NCBI GenBank assembly: GCA_051251855.1
Contig: JBPOGI010000005.1
Coordinates: forward strand, 1 to 64,000
DNA: 64,000 nucleotides
Reading direction: 5' to 3'
From: Roseibacillus sp.
Lineage (GTDB): Bacteria; Verrucomicrobiota; Verrucomicrobiia; Verrucomicrobiales; Akkermansiaceae
Part shown: piece after piece, positions 28,837-37,494 of the stretch
Layout: each line of letters opens with the position of its first letter
Position numbering within the stretch: the stretch's first letter is position 1
The notes under the pieces: model-generated
What the model saw: the letters and a program-made list of their open reading frames with translations, nothing else
Told to the model about the DNA's origin: nothing
Databases searched by the model: none
Translations under genes and position numbers: made by a program

Positions 28837-28873
28837 ACGGACCGCTGGGGCGAACTGAAGATTCGCGGTCCGT
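28837..28873. repeat. Intergenic hairpin, REP-like
   Basis: ACGGACCGC...GCGGTCCGT 9-bp arms with an inner GCGAA-CTGAAGA-TTCGC; single copy seen in the window. Confidence 0.35.
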
Positions 28874-28908
28874 GCTGGCTGGCCGGTTTGAACTTGCAGC
28901 GTTATGCT

Positions 28909-29880
28909 CTAGGGATTGAGGCCGTTCACGACCCGCATGATCTCTCCGAGGTTTTCTGAATAGACGAGCCTTCGGGTGATTGGGCCATCAGCATAGTGGG
29001 CAGTTTCTTGATTTTTGAAGCGTGGCCGCAGCCTGGTATTGGTGATGTAATCGATGAAATACCTTTCCCCTTCTTCAGAGGGCCAAGTGAGGAGAAATTG
29101 ATAGCCTCCAGTCATCACAGGCTCAATTTGTGAAATTTGAAGGCAATCAATAGCGACGCTTTCCTCAGGAACAGGGACGATAGCGAGGCCGTTAAAAGCT
29201 GCTGTCGAGATGCCGCTTGAGTGGCTGTGCGGCCCAAAAGACCATCTAATCGAGAGAGAGTCATCGACAGTCGATCCGGTTGTGAACCTAAATTTACAAA
29301 AGCGGTCGAGGGCGACTCCTGGGCTTTGATCGGGATCTTGATCGCTGACTGGGGACTGGAAATATTGACTTCTTATCGGGCCGTAACCAAAGCGAGAATC
29401 TTGTCCGGAGATGTCTCCATATCCGAAAAGGTAGAGGAAGTATTCTTTTTCGGGGGTGAGTAAGGGGGAGAGGCCTGCGATCGTGATCGTCGAAGAATCG
29501 TTATTTCTGAGATAGAGGTAGTCATCCAACAGGTCGTTGTTGAAGGCCTCTGGGGTGCTAAAGACTCCTGGCGGGGTTGAAAACGAGACAACGATGGGGG
29601 AGTCAGTTGCTGATACGCTTGAAAATTCCTCAAAGCGGGCACCCTCTGCGGTGACTGCGGTCACCTGCAAATTGTCGAGTGGCTCAACAACGCCTGCCGC
29701 CTTGAAGCTTTCTACTGTCGCTTCTGCATTCAGATTGAACCATGCTTGCCCATCATTGAAGTCCAAGAGGAGGCCGTCGGCTTGAGCTGAAAGCGGCCAC
29801 AGAGAAGTGAGGAAACTACCGAGCAGCGGTGCCTTGAGGTGACTGATCGAACTCACAAACTTCTGGGGCATGAGGTCCAT
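28909..29880 (-). CDS. Hypothetical secreted protein with PVC-type C-terminal domain
   Basis: Signal peptide (...SAQA), LLLDFN, NGLAIVPVPE, then LTWPSEEGERYFIDY. Confidence 0.7.
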   Translation of the reverse strand: MDLMPQKFVSSISHLKAPLLGSFLTSLWPLSAQADGLLLDFNDGQAWFNLNAEATVESFKAAGVVEPLDNLQVTAVTAEGARFEEFSSVSATDSPIVVSFSTPPGVFSTPEAFNNDLLDDYLYLRNNDSSTITIAGLSPLLTPEKEYFLYLFGYGDISGQDSRFGYGPIRSQYFQSPVSDQDPDQSPGVALDRFCKFRFTTGSTVDDSLSIRWSFGPHSHSSGISTAAFNGLAIVPVPEESVAIDCLQISQIEPVMTGGYQFLLTWPSEEGERYFIDYITNTRLRPRFKNQETAHYADGPITRRLVYSENLGEIMRVVNGLNP

Positions 29881-29886
29881 AGACGG

Positions 29887-31545
29887 TTAGAATTTCTTTT
29901 CGTTTTTGAGAAAGGAGAGGGTACCGACGATGAAGAGAAGAACGAGGAAGGCGAGACCGCCCTTGGCCACGTTACCAATCCACCCGGGAGCTTCTGCTTT
30001 GCCAAGAAGAACCCAGACCGAACCGGAAGTGGCGATTGAGGTAGCGAAGAGCATGAGGGCGTTCCAGATAAGGCGGGTCTTTCCTTCGGGGCGATGCTCT
30101 CCAAGGATTTTCTTGGAGTTCATCATGAGGAAAAAGGTGAAGTAGGCGATGGGAATGAGGGAACCGCCAATAACGGAGGTGGGGACGGCGAGAGCAGCTT
30201 TGGATTCACCGGTCCAAAGAAGGGGGAAGCAGCAACCAGCTAAACCTGAGAGAGTGCATCCAAGGAAGAAGAGGGCCTTATTATCGTTGATGTTGGCCTT
30301 GTTGGGGGATGGTTGCGCAGCCCCGTCTTCAGAGGATTTGGAGAATGCTTCTTGGAAGGCGAGTCCGTTCATGAGCATGAGAATGATGATGGTGGAGACA
30401 GCCATGCCGAGGACGCCGACACCAAAGATGCGCTGGGAAATGACTTTGCCAGCAAAAGGTTCGAGAGTGATGGCGAGGGCTCCAGCGTCGCGCTTGGTGA
30501 GCATCTGGGTGAGAAGAATATCGGCATTGCCAACGGTGTTCGCGGCGACGCGTTCGGCTCCCATTGTTTCTGCGACAGCGGTCTGGGCGGCAATCAGGGC
30601 TTCTCCTTCTGGTAGTTCTGCCTTGCCGTGAAAGCTGCTTGCCGATGCAATGACGACACAGGAAGTGGCGAGGAAGAAGGGAACGAAGAGGCCGATGGAG
30701 AGATCGGTAATGGAAAGGCCGCGGTGCTTCTTGCCCCAGCGCTTTTTGAGGAGGGTGTAAGGAAGAAGGAAGGTCATGTTGATTCCCACTGCGGAACCAA
30801 AAGCGGCAAAGGTGACGTCGCGTTGTTGGTCGGTGATCTTGTTGCTCCAATATTCGGGGAAATTGGATTGGGCTATCAGGGCGTCGTAGGTAGGCGAAGG
30901 TTTAAAAAGGGCAAGGGGATTGGGGAAGTAGCCGCCGAGAATCTTGGCGATAGGTAGTTGGCCACTGGTGAGGAGGGCGATGACTACCGCCATGAAGGAG
31001 AGGATGATGATGGCGACCATGACTTTGATAATCAGGTCGAAGGTTTTGGCTCCTTGTCCTCCAGATTCGTAGAGCCAGTTGACAAAAAGGCCGAGGATGA
31101 GGAGGGGAATGGTGATTGTGATGGGGTTGAAGTCGGCCCCTCCGAGTAGGTTCTGCTGAATAGAGGCGGTCGCGAGGGCGAACTGGGGCATGGTCCAAAC
31201 CATGTTGGCCATGATAGTGGCGATGAGCCACGACCACCCGAGAAGCGGGTTGAGGTGGCGATTGATGGAGTGGAAGGGGCGATTGCCGGTGGAGAGGGTG
31301 ACGTATGCAATGGCGGAAAGCATGATGATTCCGCAAATCATGGCGAGAGGCTGGACCCACATGGCTCCGAAGCCTGAGGTGCTGCCAAGAAAGAGAGCTC
31401 CCGCAAGAGAACCGCCGCCGAGGGTGATGGCGCCTTGCAGCCAGCCGGGGCCGGAGAGTTTTGCGTAGGCAAAGAATTTCTTAGCAGGAGGGGCATCTGC
31501 GACGGACTCGATGGCGGCGAGCTCGCGCTCGTATTGGTCAGACAT
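29887..31545 (-). CDS. NRAMP-like divalent metal cation transporter
   Basis: LSGPGWLQGAITLGGGS, AVGINMTFLLPY, multi-TM; start moved to ATG 31545. Confidence 0.8.
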   Translation of the reverse strand: MSDQYERELAAIESVADAPPAKKFFAYAKLSGPGWLQGAITLGGGSLAGALFLGSTSGFGAMWVQPLAMICGIIMLSAIAYVTLSTGNRPFHSINRHLNPLLGWSWLIATIMANMVWTMPQFALATASIQQNLLGGADFNPITITIPLLILGLFVNWLYESGGQGAKTFDLIIKVMVAIIILSFMAVVIALLTSGQLPIAKILGGYFPNPLALFKPSPTYDALIAQSNFPEYWSNKITDQQRDVTFAAFGSAVGINMTFLLPYTLLKKRWGKKHRGLSITDLSIGLFVPFFLATSCVVIASASSFHGKAELPEGEALIAAQTAVAETMGAERVAANTVGNADILLTQMLTKRDAGALAITLEPFAGKVISQRIFGVGVLGMAVSTIIILMLMNGLAFQEAFSKSSEDGAAQPSPNKANINDNKALFFLGCTLSGLAGCCFPLLWTGESKAALAVPTSVIGGSLIPIAYFTFFLMMNSKKILGEHRPEGKTRLIWNALMLFATSIATSGSVWVLLGKAEAPGWIGNVAKGGLAFLVLLFIVGTLSFLKNEKKF

Positions 31546-31678
31546 GGTGTGTTTTGGTGTGAGAGCTTGTTGCTTACTTATATGAACCGATTTTGCAGGA
31601 ATGAACAGTTTTAGATAAATTAGGCACAACTACTACATCGATCTTGAATGTTTTTAAAAATTAACTTACTATCAAGTG

Positions 31679-32323
31679 ATGAAAGGTGTTTGGGGAACTA
31701 TTCTTCTGGTTGGGGCGGTGCTTTCGCTGGCTTCGTGTAAGCAGATTAAGAATAGCTTGAGCGAGTTTGCGGGCAGTGGGGGCTCGGTGCCTGAGGCCTT
31801 GCCGGATTCTGAGTCTTTGGCCGGAGCGGAAGGTTTGCCGGTGGTGACGAGTTTCCAAAAGGTGACTCCGGCCACTATCGTCTCTTTTACGGGGGCGGGG
31901 GACCGGATTTCGGTGGTGGAATTTTACTCGGACACGTGACCTCCTTGCCGGACGCTTTCCTCCGTGCTGGGGAAACTTGCAAGTAAGGGGCAACCAGGAG
32001 TCCAGTATGGTAAGGTTGATCTTCAAAAAAATGGTGCCTTGGGAGCGGAGTATGATGTGCGGAGTATTCCTGATACGCGCATTTTCCATGACGGCAAAGA
32101 GATTGGGAAGTTTGTCGGGAGTATGGATGGGGCAAGTGTTGAGGAGTTGGTGAGCCAATATTTGGCTTCGGTAAGGCCGGTGGGTGAGATGAATCCGGCG
32201 GGTCCCCGAGTGGATCAGAACGGAAGAGCGCTGCCGCCAGTGGATACAATCCAGCCTGCAATTCGACCAGAACCCGCGATTCGTAGCCTGCCTCCGGGGA
32301 TCACACCGCTTCCTGCCTCTTGA
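31679..32323 (+). CDS. Thioredoxin-like lipoprotein, predicted selenoprotein (UxxC; in-frame TGA 31937-31939)
   Basis: ORFs 31676..31939 and 31964..32323 are the same frame; read-through gives VEFYSDT-U-PPC...YDVRSIPDTRIFHDGKE. Lipobox LASC; SECIS-like hairpin downstream. Confidence 0.85.
31944..31983 (+). promoter_or_regulatory. Putative bacterial SECIS element of the seleno-thioredoxin
   Basis: Upper stem TTTCCTC/GGGGAAA (31956-31975) with loop CGTGCT; lower pairing CTTGC/GCAAG. Confidence 0.65.
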
Positions 32324-32358
32324 TGCGGAGTGGGATCCGGTGTTAGCTACCGCTATCA

Positions 32359-33657
32359 ATGTTTGAGGTAAGCGAAAAGCCCGACCTAGTGGAGCGGGCG
32401 ATGTTAGTGGGGTTCTACTTTAAGAGTGACGAGGAAGAGGAAGCGCGTGCCCTGCTACTAGAGCTGGAGGAGCTGGTGGACACGCTAGGAATCGGTGTAG
32501 TGGGGATGGAGCTGATTCGAGTGCGAGCCCAGCACAAGGCCTTCATTTGTGGCACGGGAAAGTCGGATGAGGTGATTGAGATGGCACGCGAGAAGGAGTG
32601 CGATTGTCTCATTATCGACAATGGACTTTCTCCTTCGCAGCAGCGTAATTGGGAAGGAAACGCTGGGATCACTGTCATCGACCGTGAGGAGGTGATTCTC
32701 GATATCTTTGCGAGTCGGGCTTCGACGAAGGAAGCTCAGCTGCAGGTGGAATTGGCTCGGATGGAGTATGCTCTTCCTCGAATGGCTAAGATGTGGGGTC
32801 ACCTTGACCGTGAGGGTGGCGGCGGCGGCGGAAGTGGGGCGGCTTCCCGGGGTATGGGTGAGCAGCAGATCGAGATCGATCGGCGACTGGCTCGGAATAA
32901 GATTTCTCGTATTAAGAAAGAGCTGGAAGTGGTGAGACGCCAGCGAGCGACACGGCGCAAGGACCGGGACCGCATGGACGTGGCGGCGGCGGCGATTGTG
33001 GGCTACACGAATGCAGGGAAATCGACTTTGTTAAACAAGCTTTCGGGCTCCGATGTTTTTGAGGCGGACCAGCTGTTTGCCACTTTAGATCCGACAACCC
33101 GTGGGATTGAGCTTCCAGGTGGGCAGCAGCTTCTACTTACTGATACGGTCGGGTTCGTGCGGAATCTACCTCACCGGTTGGTGGAAGCCTTTAAGTCGAC
33201 CTTGGAAGAGGCGGTTTTGGCTGACTTTTTGATTCATGTGCTGGATGCGAGTGACCCTGGGGTGGAGGCGTTCTATCAGACCACTGAAGCGGTGCTTGCG
33301 GAACTGGGGGCGGGAGATAAGCCCACTCTGACAGTTCTCAACAAGGTGGATCGATTGGGAGAGGGGGATAAGTTGACGTGGTTGCGCGAGCGTTTTCCAG
33401 GGGCGATCGAGATTTCTGCTAAGACAGGGTTTGGAATTGAGAACCTCATCCAGGCGGCCGAGAACCAGCTGGCGGACCGAGTTTTGCGTCGGCTTTACCG
33501 GATTCCACAGAGTCGCGGCGATATTACCAATGTTCTTCACAAAGATGGCAAAGTGATTGCTACAGATTTTGAAGGAAATGACGTTCTCGTCACGGCGGTT
33601 GTCTCGCCGACTCTTGATGGACAATTACGAGATTTCTTGGAAGAAAACGCTGACTAG
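32359..33657 (+). CDS. hflX: GTPase HflX
   Basis: IDREEVILDIFA, LQVELA, GYTNAGKSTL, LFATLD, DTVGF, NKVD. Confidence 0.96.
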   Translation: MFEVSEKPDLVERAMLVGFYFKSDEEEEARALLLELEELVDTLGIGVVGMELIRVRAQHKAFICGTGKSDEVIEMAREKECDCLIIDNGLSPSQQRNWEGNAGITVIDREEVILDIFASRASTKEAQLQVELARMEYALPRMAKMWGHLDREGGGGGGSGAASRGMGEQQIEIDRRLARNKISRIKKELEVVRRQRATRRKDRDRMDVAAAAIVGYTNAGKSTLLNKLSGSDVFEADQLFATLDPTTRGIELPGGQQLLLTDTVGFVRNLPHRLVEAFKSTLEEAVLADFLIHVLDASDPGVEAFYQTTEAVLAELGAGDKPTLTVLNKVDRLGEGDKLTWLRERFPGAIEISAKTGFGIENLIQAAENQLADRVLRRLYRIPQSRGDITNVLHKDGKVIATDFEGNDVLVTAVVSPTLDGQLRDFLEENAD

Positions 33658-33793
33658 ATACGTCACACATTTATACCGCTTGAGGGGGATAAAGATTGCT
33701 CTCTTGCGGAGAGGTAGAGAAAAACTTTTTAGAATACTTTGCCTTTCTTAAATAAATTGTTAATGTTTCTTCCGCTACTGATTCACCTTCTCA

Positions 33794-34795
33794 ATGAAAA
33801 CTTTCTTCTCCCTCCTCTTTTTTCTGACGTCATTTGCCTCCGCTACTGACAAGACCCTAGGTACCGAAAGGGATGCTGCTGTACGTTTGCAGATTCTGCT
33901 GGACCAAAAAATGTTCGGGCCTGGCTTCATTGACGGCAAACCAGGGACGTTTACCACTCGAGCCATTGAAGCCTATAATCGGGCGATGGGGCGTGATGAG
34001 GGTGATCGCACTATTATCCAAGCAGAGGCAGATGATTTGGTGACGAATACCTTTGTGACGACGACCGTGCCGTCGGTGGCGAAAAAATTTGTGAATCCCA
34101 AGCTGCCCTACAAGAGGGTTGAGCAGGCGGAAGAGCGGGCACTCACTTATCGGAGCTACTATGAATTTATGGCTGAGCGCTATCACACCTCGGAGAGTGT
34201 GCTTTATGAGTTGAATGGCAAAAACAAGACGTGGGGAGCGGCACCTGGGCGAACTTTGGTGGTGCCGAATGTGACGCCCTTTAAGATCGAGGATATCAAG
34301 CCCGGGCGCATGTATAAGAGTGGCGAAGGCGCTCTCGGCAAACGGAAGGTGATTATCGACACCAAGGAGCGGCAGATTCAGATTTATGAGATTCTTGATA
34401 AATCGATGGCGAGTACTGGGGCCTTGGCGGTGAGCGGCGAGGACGCGTATCGCTTGGTCGCCAGTTTTCCGACCACTCCTGGACAGGAAAAGTTTATCCA
34501 TCGCGGCACTTGGGAGCTGCGTAATACGATCGAGTGGCCGACTTGGCGCTACGATAAGCAGCTTTTGCAGGAAGGGAAGCGGGGCAAGGAAGCTCTCAAT
34601 ATTCCTGGGGGCCCGAACAATCCGGTTGGTGTTCTCTGGGCAGGATTGAGCAAAAGTGGAATTGGAATCCACGGCACGGATAGTCCTCGCACGATTGGCC
34701 GCGCTCGGAGTTCCGGCTGCTTCCGCCTTGCAAATTGGGATGCAGCTCGCATTCCGCTTGTGATTCGCCCAGGCGCGAAGGTGATTGTGAAGTAG
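33794..34795 (+). CDS. L,D-transpeptidase (YkuD) family protein
   Basis: GPNNPVG...GIHGT...SSGCFRL catalytic motif; signal peptide. Confidence 0.9.
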   Translation: MKTFFSLLFFLTSFASATDKTLGTERDAAVRLQILLDQKMFGPGFIDGKPGTFTTRAIEAYNRAMGRDEGDRTIIQAEADDLVTNTFVTTTVPSVAKKFVNPKLPYKRVEQAEERALTYRSYYEFMAERYHTSESVLYELNGKNKTWGAAPGRTLVVPNVTPFKIEDIKPGRMYKSGEGALGKRKVIIDTKERQIQIYEILDKSMASTGALAVSGEDAYRLVASFPTTPGQEKFIHRGTWELRNTIEWPTWRYDKQLLQEGKRGKEALNIPGGPNNPVGVLWAGLSKSGIGIHGTDSPRTIGRARSSGCFRLANWDAARIPLVIRPGAKVIVK

Positions 34796-34814
34796 TCGCC
34801 GCTTTGCGGGAGAG

Positions 34815-35027
34815 CTACTTAAATAGTCCTGCTGCTTCTCCCTCGATGGGAAAACCGCCAGTGCGCTCTTTCTTGTAAAGCAGTTCGCCGTCTTTGCGGA
34901 TTTCGAAGATGCCTCCTTGGCCGGGAATGAGGGTGATTTCCTCGTCGCTGACGGTCTTGATTTCAGCCGACACACGGTCGGCTTCGGGGAGGTAGTTTCA
35001 TTTAGAGCAGTATTCGATCTCGATCAT
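34815..35027 (-). CDS. SelW/Rdx-family selenoprotein (CxxU; in-frame TGA 35000-34998), absent from the ORF track
   Basis: Manual translation: MIEIEYCSK-U-NYLPEADRVSAEIKTVSDEEITLIPGQGGIFEIRKDGELLYKKERTGGFPIEGEAAGLFK, 70 aa. Confidence 0.9.
34965..34983 (-). promoter_or_regulatory. Putative bacterial SECIS element of the SelW-like gene
   Basis: Perfect AGCCGAC-CGTGT-GTCGGCT hairpin starting 14 nt after the TGA. Confidence 0.75.
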
Positions 35028-35077
35028 GGTGAGGAGAAGATGTGGGGCTTTCTGGATTTGGCCAATGAAAAGTTTGC

Positions 35078-35500
35078 TTACCGATGGGACTGCTCTTGCT
35101 GACTGATGAGGCTGGAGTTGATGGTCTCGAGGTCGTTGATGCGCTTGGCAAACGCTCCGTAGCGGACACAGAGCCCGAGGAGCCCGACGATGTAACTGAG
35201 TAGGCTGGCTGCAGTGAGGAGTGCGCCAGCCCCAGAAATCAGAGAATAGGCTCCTAAGTTACCTGCACCTGAGCTCGCGGAGGGTGATGAGGCTATCGAT
35301 GCTGCGATGCTTTGGAAGAGAAGGTAAGAAGCGACGACGGCAGTGGTAGTGCCCAGAATCAAACCGATGCCTCCTCCAAGCATCATCCAAGAGCCCCAAA
35401 ATTTCTTACCGCGATGGGCGATGATTGCAGAGGCGATCATGGCAATCGCGACCAAGACCGCGAGGACCGTAGAGATGAGCGCTGGTATCATAGAAGTCAT
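35078..35500 (-). CDS. Small 3-TM membrane protein (paralog family)
   Basis: Likely start ATG 35500 (MTSMIPAL); AHRG..FWG motif; C-terminal KRINDLETI. Confidence 0.7.
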   Translation of the reverse strand: MTSMIPALISTVLAVLVAIAMIASAIIAHRGKKFWGSWMMLGGGIGLILGTTTAVVASYLLFQSIAASIASSPSASSGAGNLGAYSLISGAGALLTAASLLSYIVGLLGLCVRYGAFAKRINDLETINSSLISQQEQSHR

Positions 35501-35547
35501 AGAACGATTGAACTGGATTCGGTAGTAAAGGGCAAGTTTTGCTCTTG

Positions 35548-35925
35548 TTAGGCAGAGTCCGAGTGGCGTTGGAGCTCGTCGCGCTCGGCTGCGAGCTGGA
35601 GGGCGAGTTTTTCGAGGTCGGCGGTTTCTTGGCTGAGAGTTTTCCAGTGCATGGTCATGAGGAAAGCGCCAATCCCCAAACTGAAAGCTGAGAGAGTGAT
35701 GAGCCAGCCAAAGAGCGAGAGAATCGAGCCCATGGAGTGAGGGGCGCCAATGAAGCTCAACGCTAAGAGGGCAACAACGGAAAGGAAGTAGCCGCAGATA
35801 GAGATAAGGACGGTCCACGTTCCTTTCGTCGCAAAGCCTCGATGGGCGAGGATGGCGGCAAAGAGAATGAGAAGTCCTAGTCCGAATGGAATGAGGAGAG
35901 CCAGAAGGTTGATAAAAGGGATCAT
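35548..35925 (-). CDS. Small 3-TM membrane protein (paralog family)
   Basis: AILAHRG...TW; C-terminal ETADLEKL. Confidence 0.7.
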   Translation of the reverse strand: MIPFINLLALLIPFGLGLLILFAAILAHRGFATKGTWTVLISICGYFLSVVALLALSFIGAPHSMGSILSLFGWLITLSAFSLGIGAFLMTMHWKTLSQETADLEKLALQLAAERDELQRHSDSA

Positions 35926-36329
35926 GAACTAGGGCTGTTTGGGGGGAGGTTGCGTTGAGCCTGTTCTTTTGCTGCGGCGAGGGCGGAGGTGATTTCGAGA
36001 AGTTCCGAGCGCCGTTTGCCAGTGGCGCTCCAACGGGTGCAGAAGCCAAAGAAGGCAATCGGATAGAGTATGGCTCCGAGTATGAACAAAAAGTATGAGA
36101 TGATGAGCAGGCCGAAAGAGTGGGAGGAGCTTTGATCAGTCAGGAAAAACCAAAGTCCGAAGGCGACCATGATGGAGGTGGAAATGACCAAAAGAGTGGC
36201 GCCATATAAAAGGAGCCTGATTGCCCAAAATTGGGTTCCTTTTTGGGCTTTGAGTGCTCCAATGAAGAGGAGAACGACTGTGCTGAGGACTCCTGTTAAG
36301 AGAAGGGAAATGGTGAGCTGTTCGTTCAC
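35922..36329 (-). CDS. Small 3-TM membrane protein (paralog family)
   Basis: AQKGTQFWA; C-terminal RRSELLEI; ATGA overlap with the next gene. Confidence 0.7.
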   Translation of the reverse strand: MNEQLTISLLLTGVLSTVVLLFIGALKAQKGTQFWAIRLLLYGATLLVISTSIMVAFGLWFFLTDQSSSHSFGLLIISYFLFILGAILYPIAFFGFCTRWSATGKRRSELLEITSALAAAKEQAQRNLPPNSPSS

Positions 36330-36564
36330 GAGACTTTGGTTTTAGCGCTTTGCTGGCATTGGGTCACCGAGAAAAATTTGAGTGGTAAGTGGTGTGTGCC
36401 TCTGGCGCTTGGAGATGAATTCAAGCATTCTGCCTGTATGGGCTTAAGTGTGGGTTGAGTGGTAGTCAGCGGCTGGAAGCCCCAGAAACGGACTGTCGTT
36501 GGAAGCGTCAGCTACTTTTCGGAAAGGTCGTTTTTCCGTTTCCATTTTCTGAGCTTGAGGCAAG

Positions 36565-37479
36565 TTGGGAGCCTTGAGCGACGCAGTGTCAGAGGAAGCA
36601 GCAGTTGAGGTCCCCAGTGCGATGGAGGACTTGAAGGTCTTGGTGAAGGCGCGCCTGAATTTGTTTGTGATTATCACGACCTTTTTCGGCTACGCGATCG
36701 CTTGTCGGCATGGGGGCTGGGAGTTTTGGACGTTGTTGCATCTGATTCTGGGGACGACGGCTTGTGCCTTTGGTTCGGCGGTCTTCAACCAGCTTTCGGA
36801 GGTGGATAGTGATGCCTTGATGAAGCGGACCGCGAATCGGCCTTTGCCGTCGCGCCGGATGGGGATTGTGAAGGCGTTTGTGATTGGCTGGGGTCTCTCG
36901 GCGTTCGGAATTGTGCACTTGTCCGCGATGGTGGGCGCTGTTCCTGGGGTGCTGGCGGCGGTGACGATTGCGACTTATGTCTTCATTTACACCCCGATGA
37001 AGAAGTGGAGTTCGGCCAATACTTTGGTGGGGGCGATTCCGGGAGCTTTGCCGCCGTTGATTGGGTGGACTGCAGGCGGTGGGGGGCTGGCGGAGGCTGG
37101 GGGCTGGTATTTGTTTGCTCTCCTCTTCCTCTGGCAATTACCGCACTTTGTCGCCATTAACTGGCTGTGCCGCGAAGAATATGAGCTAGCGGGCTATAAA
37201 ATGTGGTCGAATGGCGATGTCAGCGGAAAGCGGAGCGTGGGCTTGGCGGTGGGTTTTTCGGTGGGGTTGGGAGTTTTGGCGGCAGCTGTGATTCCGTTGG
37301 GGATTGCGAGTTGGCCCTTTGTGGTTCTTGGCTTGGCGCTGGCTGCAATGCTGGTGGCGACGGGTCAGCGGTTTTTGAAGAGCGGGGAGCGAGTGCACTT
37401 TCGTAAGTTTTTCTTGGCTACTTTGCTGTATTTGCCCCTGGTTTTGGTGGCTTTGCTGATTTTTTGGCGGAAGATTTAA
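36565..37479 (+). CDS. cyoE: Protoheme IX farnesyltransferase (heme o synthase); exact start uncertain
   Basis: NQLSEVDSDALMKRTANRPLP, YTPMK, GAIPGALPP, WQLPHF. Confidence 0.93.
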   Translation: MGALSDAVSEEAAVEVPSAMEDLKVLVKARLNLFVIITTFFGYAIACRHGGWEFWTLLHLILGTTACAFGSAVFNQLSEVDSDALMKRTANRPLPSRRMGIVKAFVIGWGLSAFGIVHLSAMVGAVPGVLAAVTIATYVFIYTPMKKWSSANTLVGAIPGALPPLIGWTAGGGGLAEAGGWYLFALLFLWQLPHFVAINWLCREEYELAGYKMWSNGDVSGKRSVGLAVGFSVGLGVLAAAVIPLGIASWPFVVLGLALAAMLVATGQRFLKSGERVHFRKFFLATLLYLPLVLVALLIFWRKI

Positions 37480-37494
37480 GAGGGCTTTGAGGCC

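Noticed and set aside
31546..31678. Possible MntR/DtxR-type operator in the AT-rich NRAMP promoter
   Set aside because: Only a partial TTAG...CTA symmetry; not convincing by eye
31937..31939. Genome-wide TGA=Trp/Gly reassignment to explain the in-frame TGAs
   Set aside because: Many genes here end properly at TGA (including ATGA overlaps), and both internal TGAs align with catalytic Cys positions
33857..34975. 372-aa minus-strand ORF
   Set aside because: Antisense to the L,D-transpeptidase and out of frame with the SelW-like gene
35501..36058. N-terminal extension of ORF 35078..36058
   Set aside because: Overlaps two better genes in other frames; the real start is likely ATG 35500
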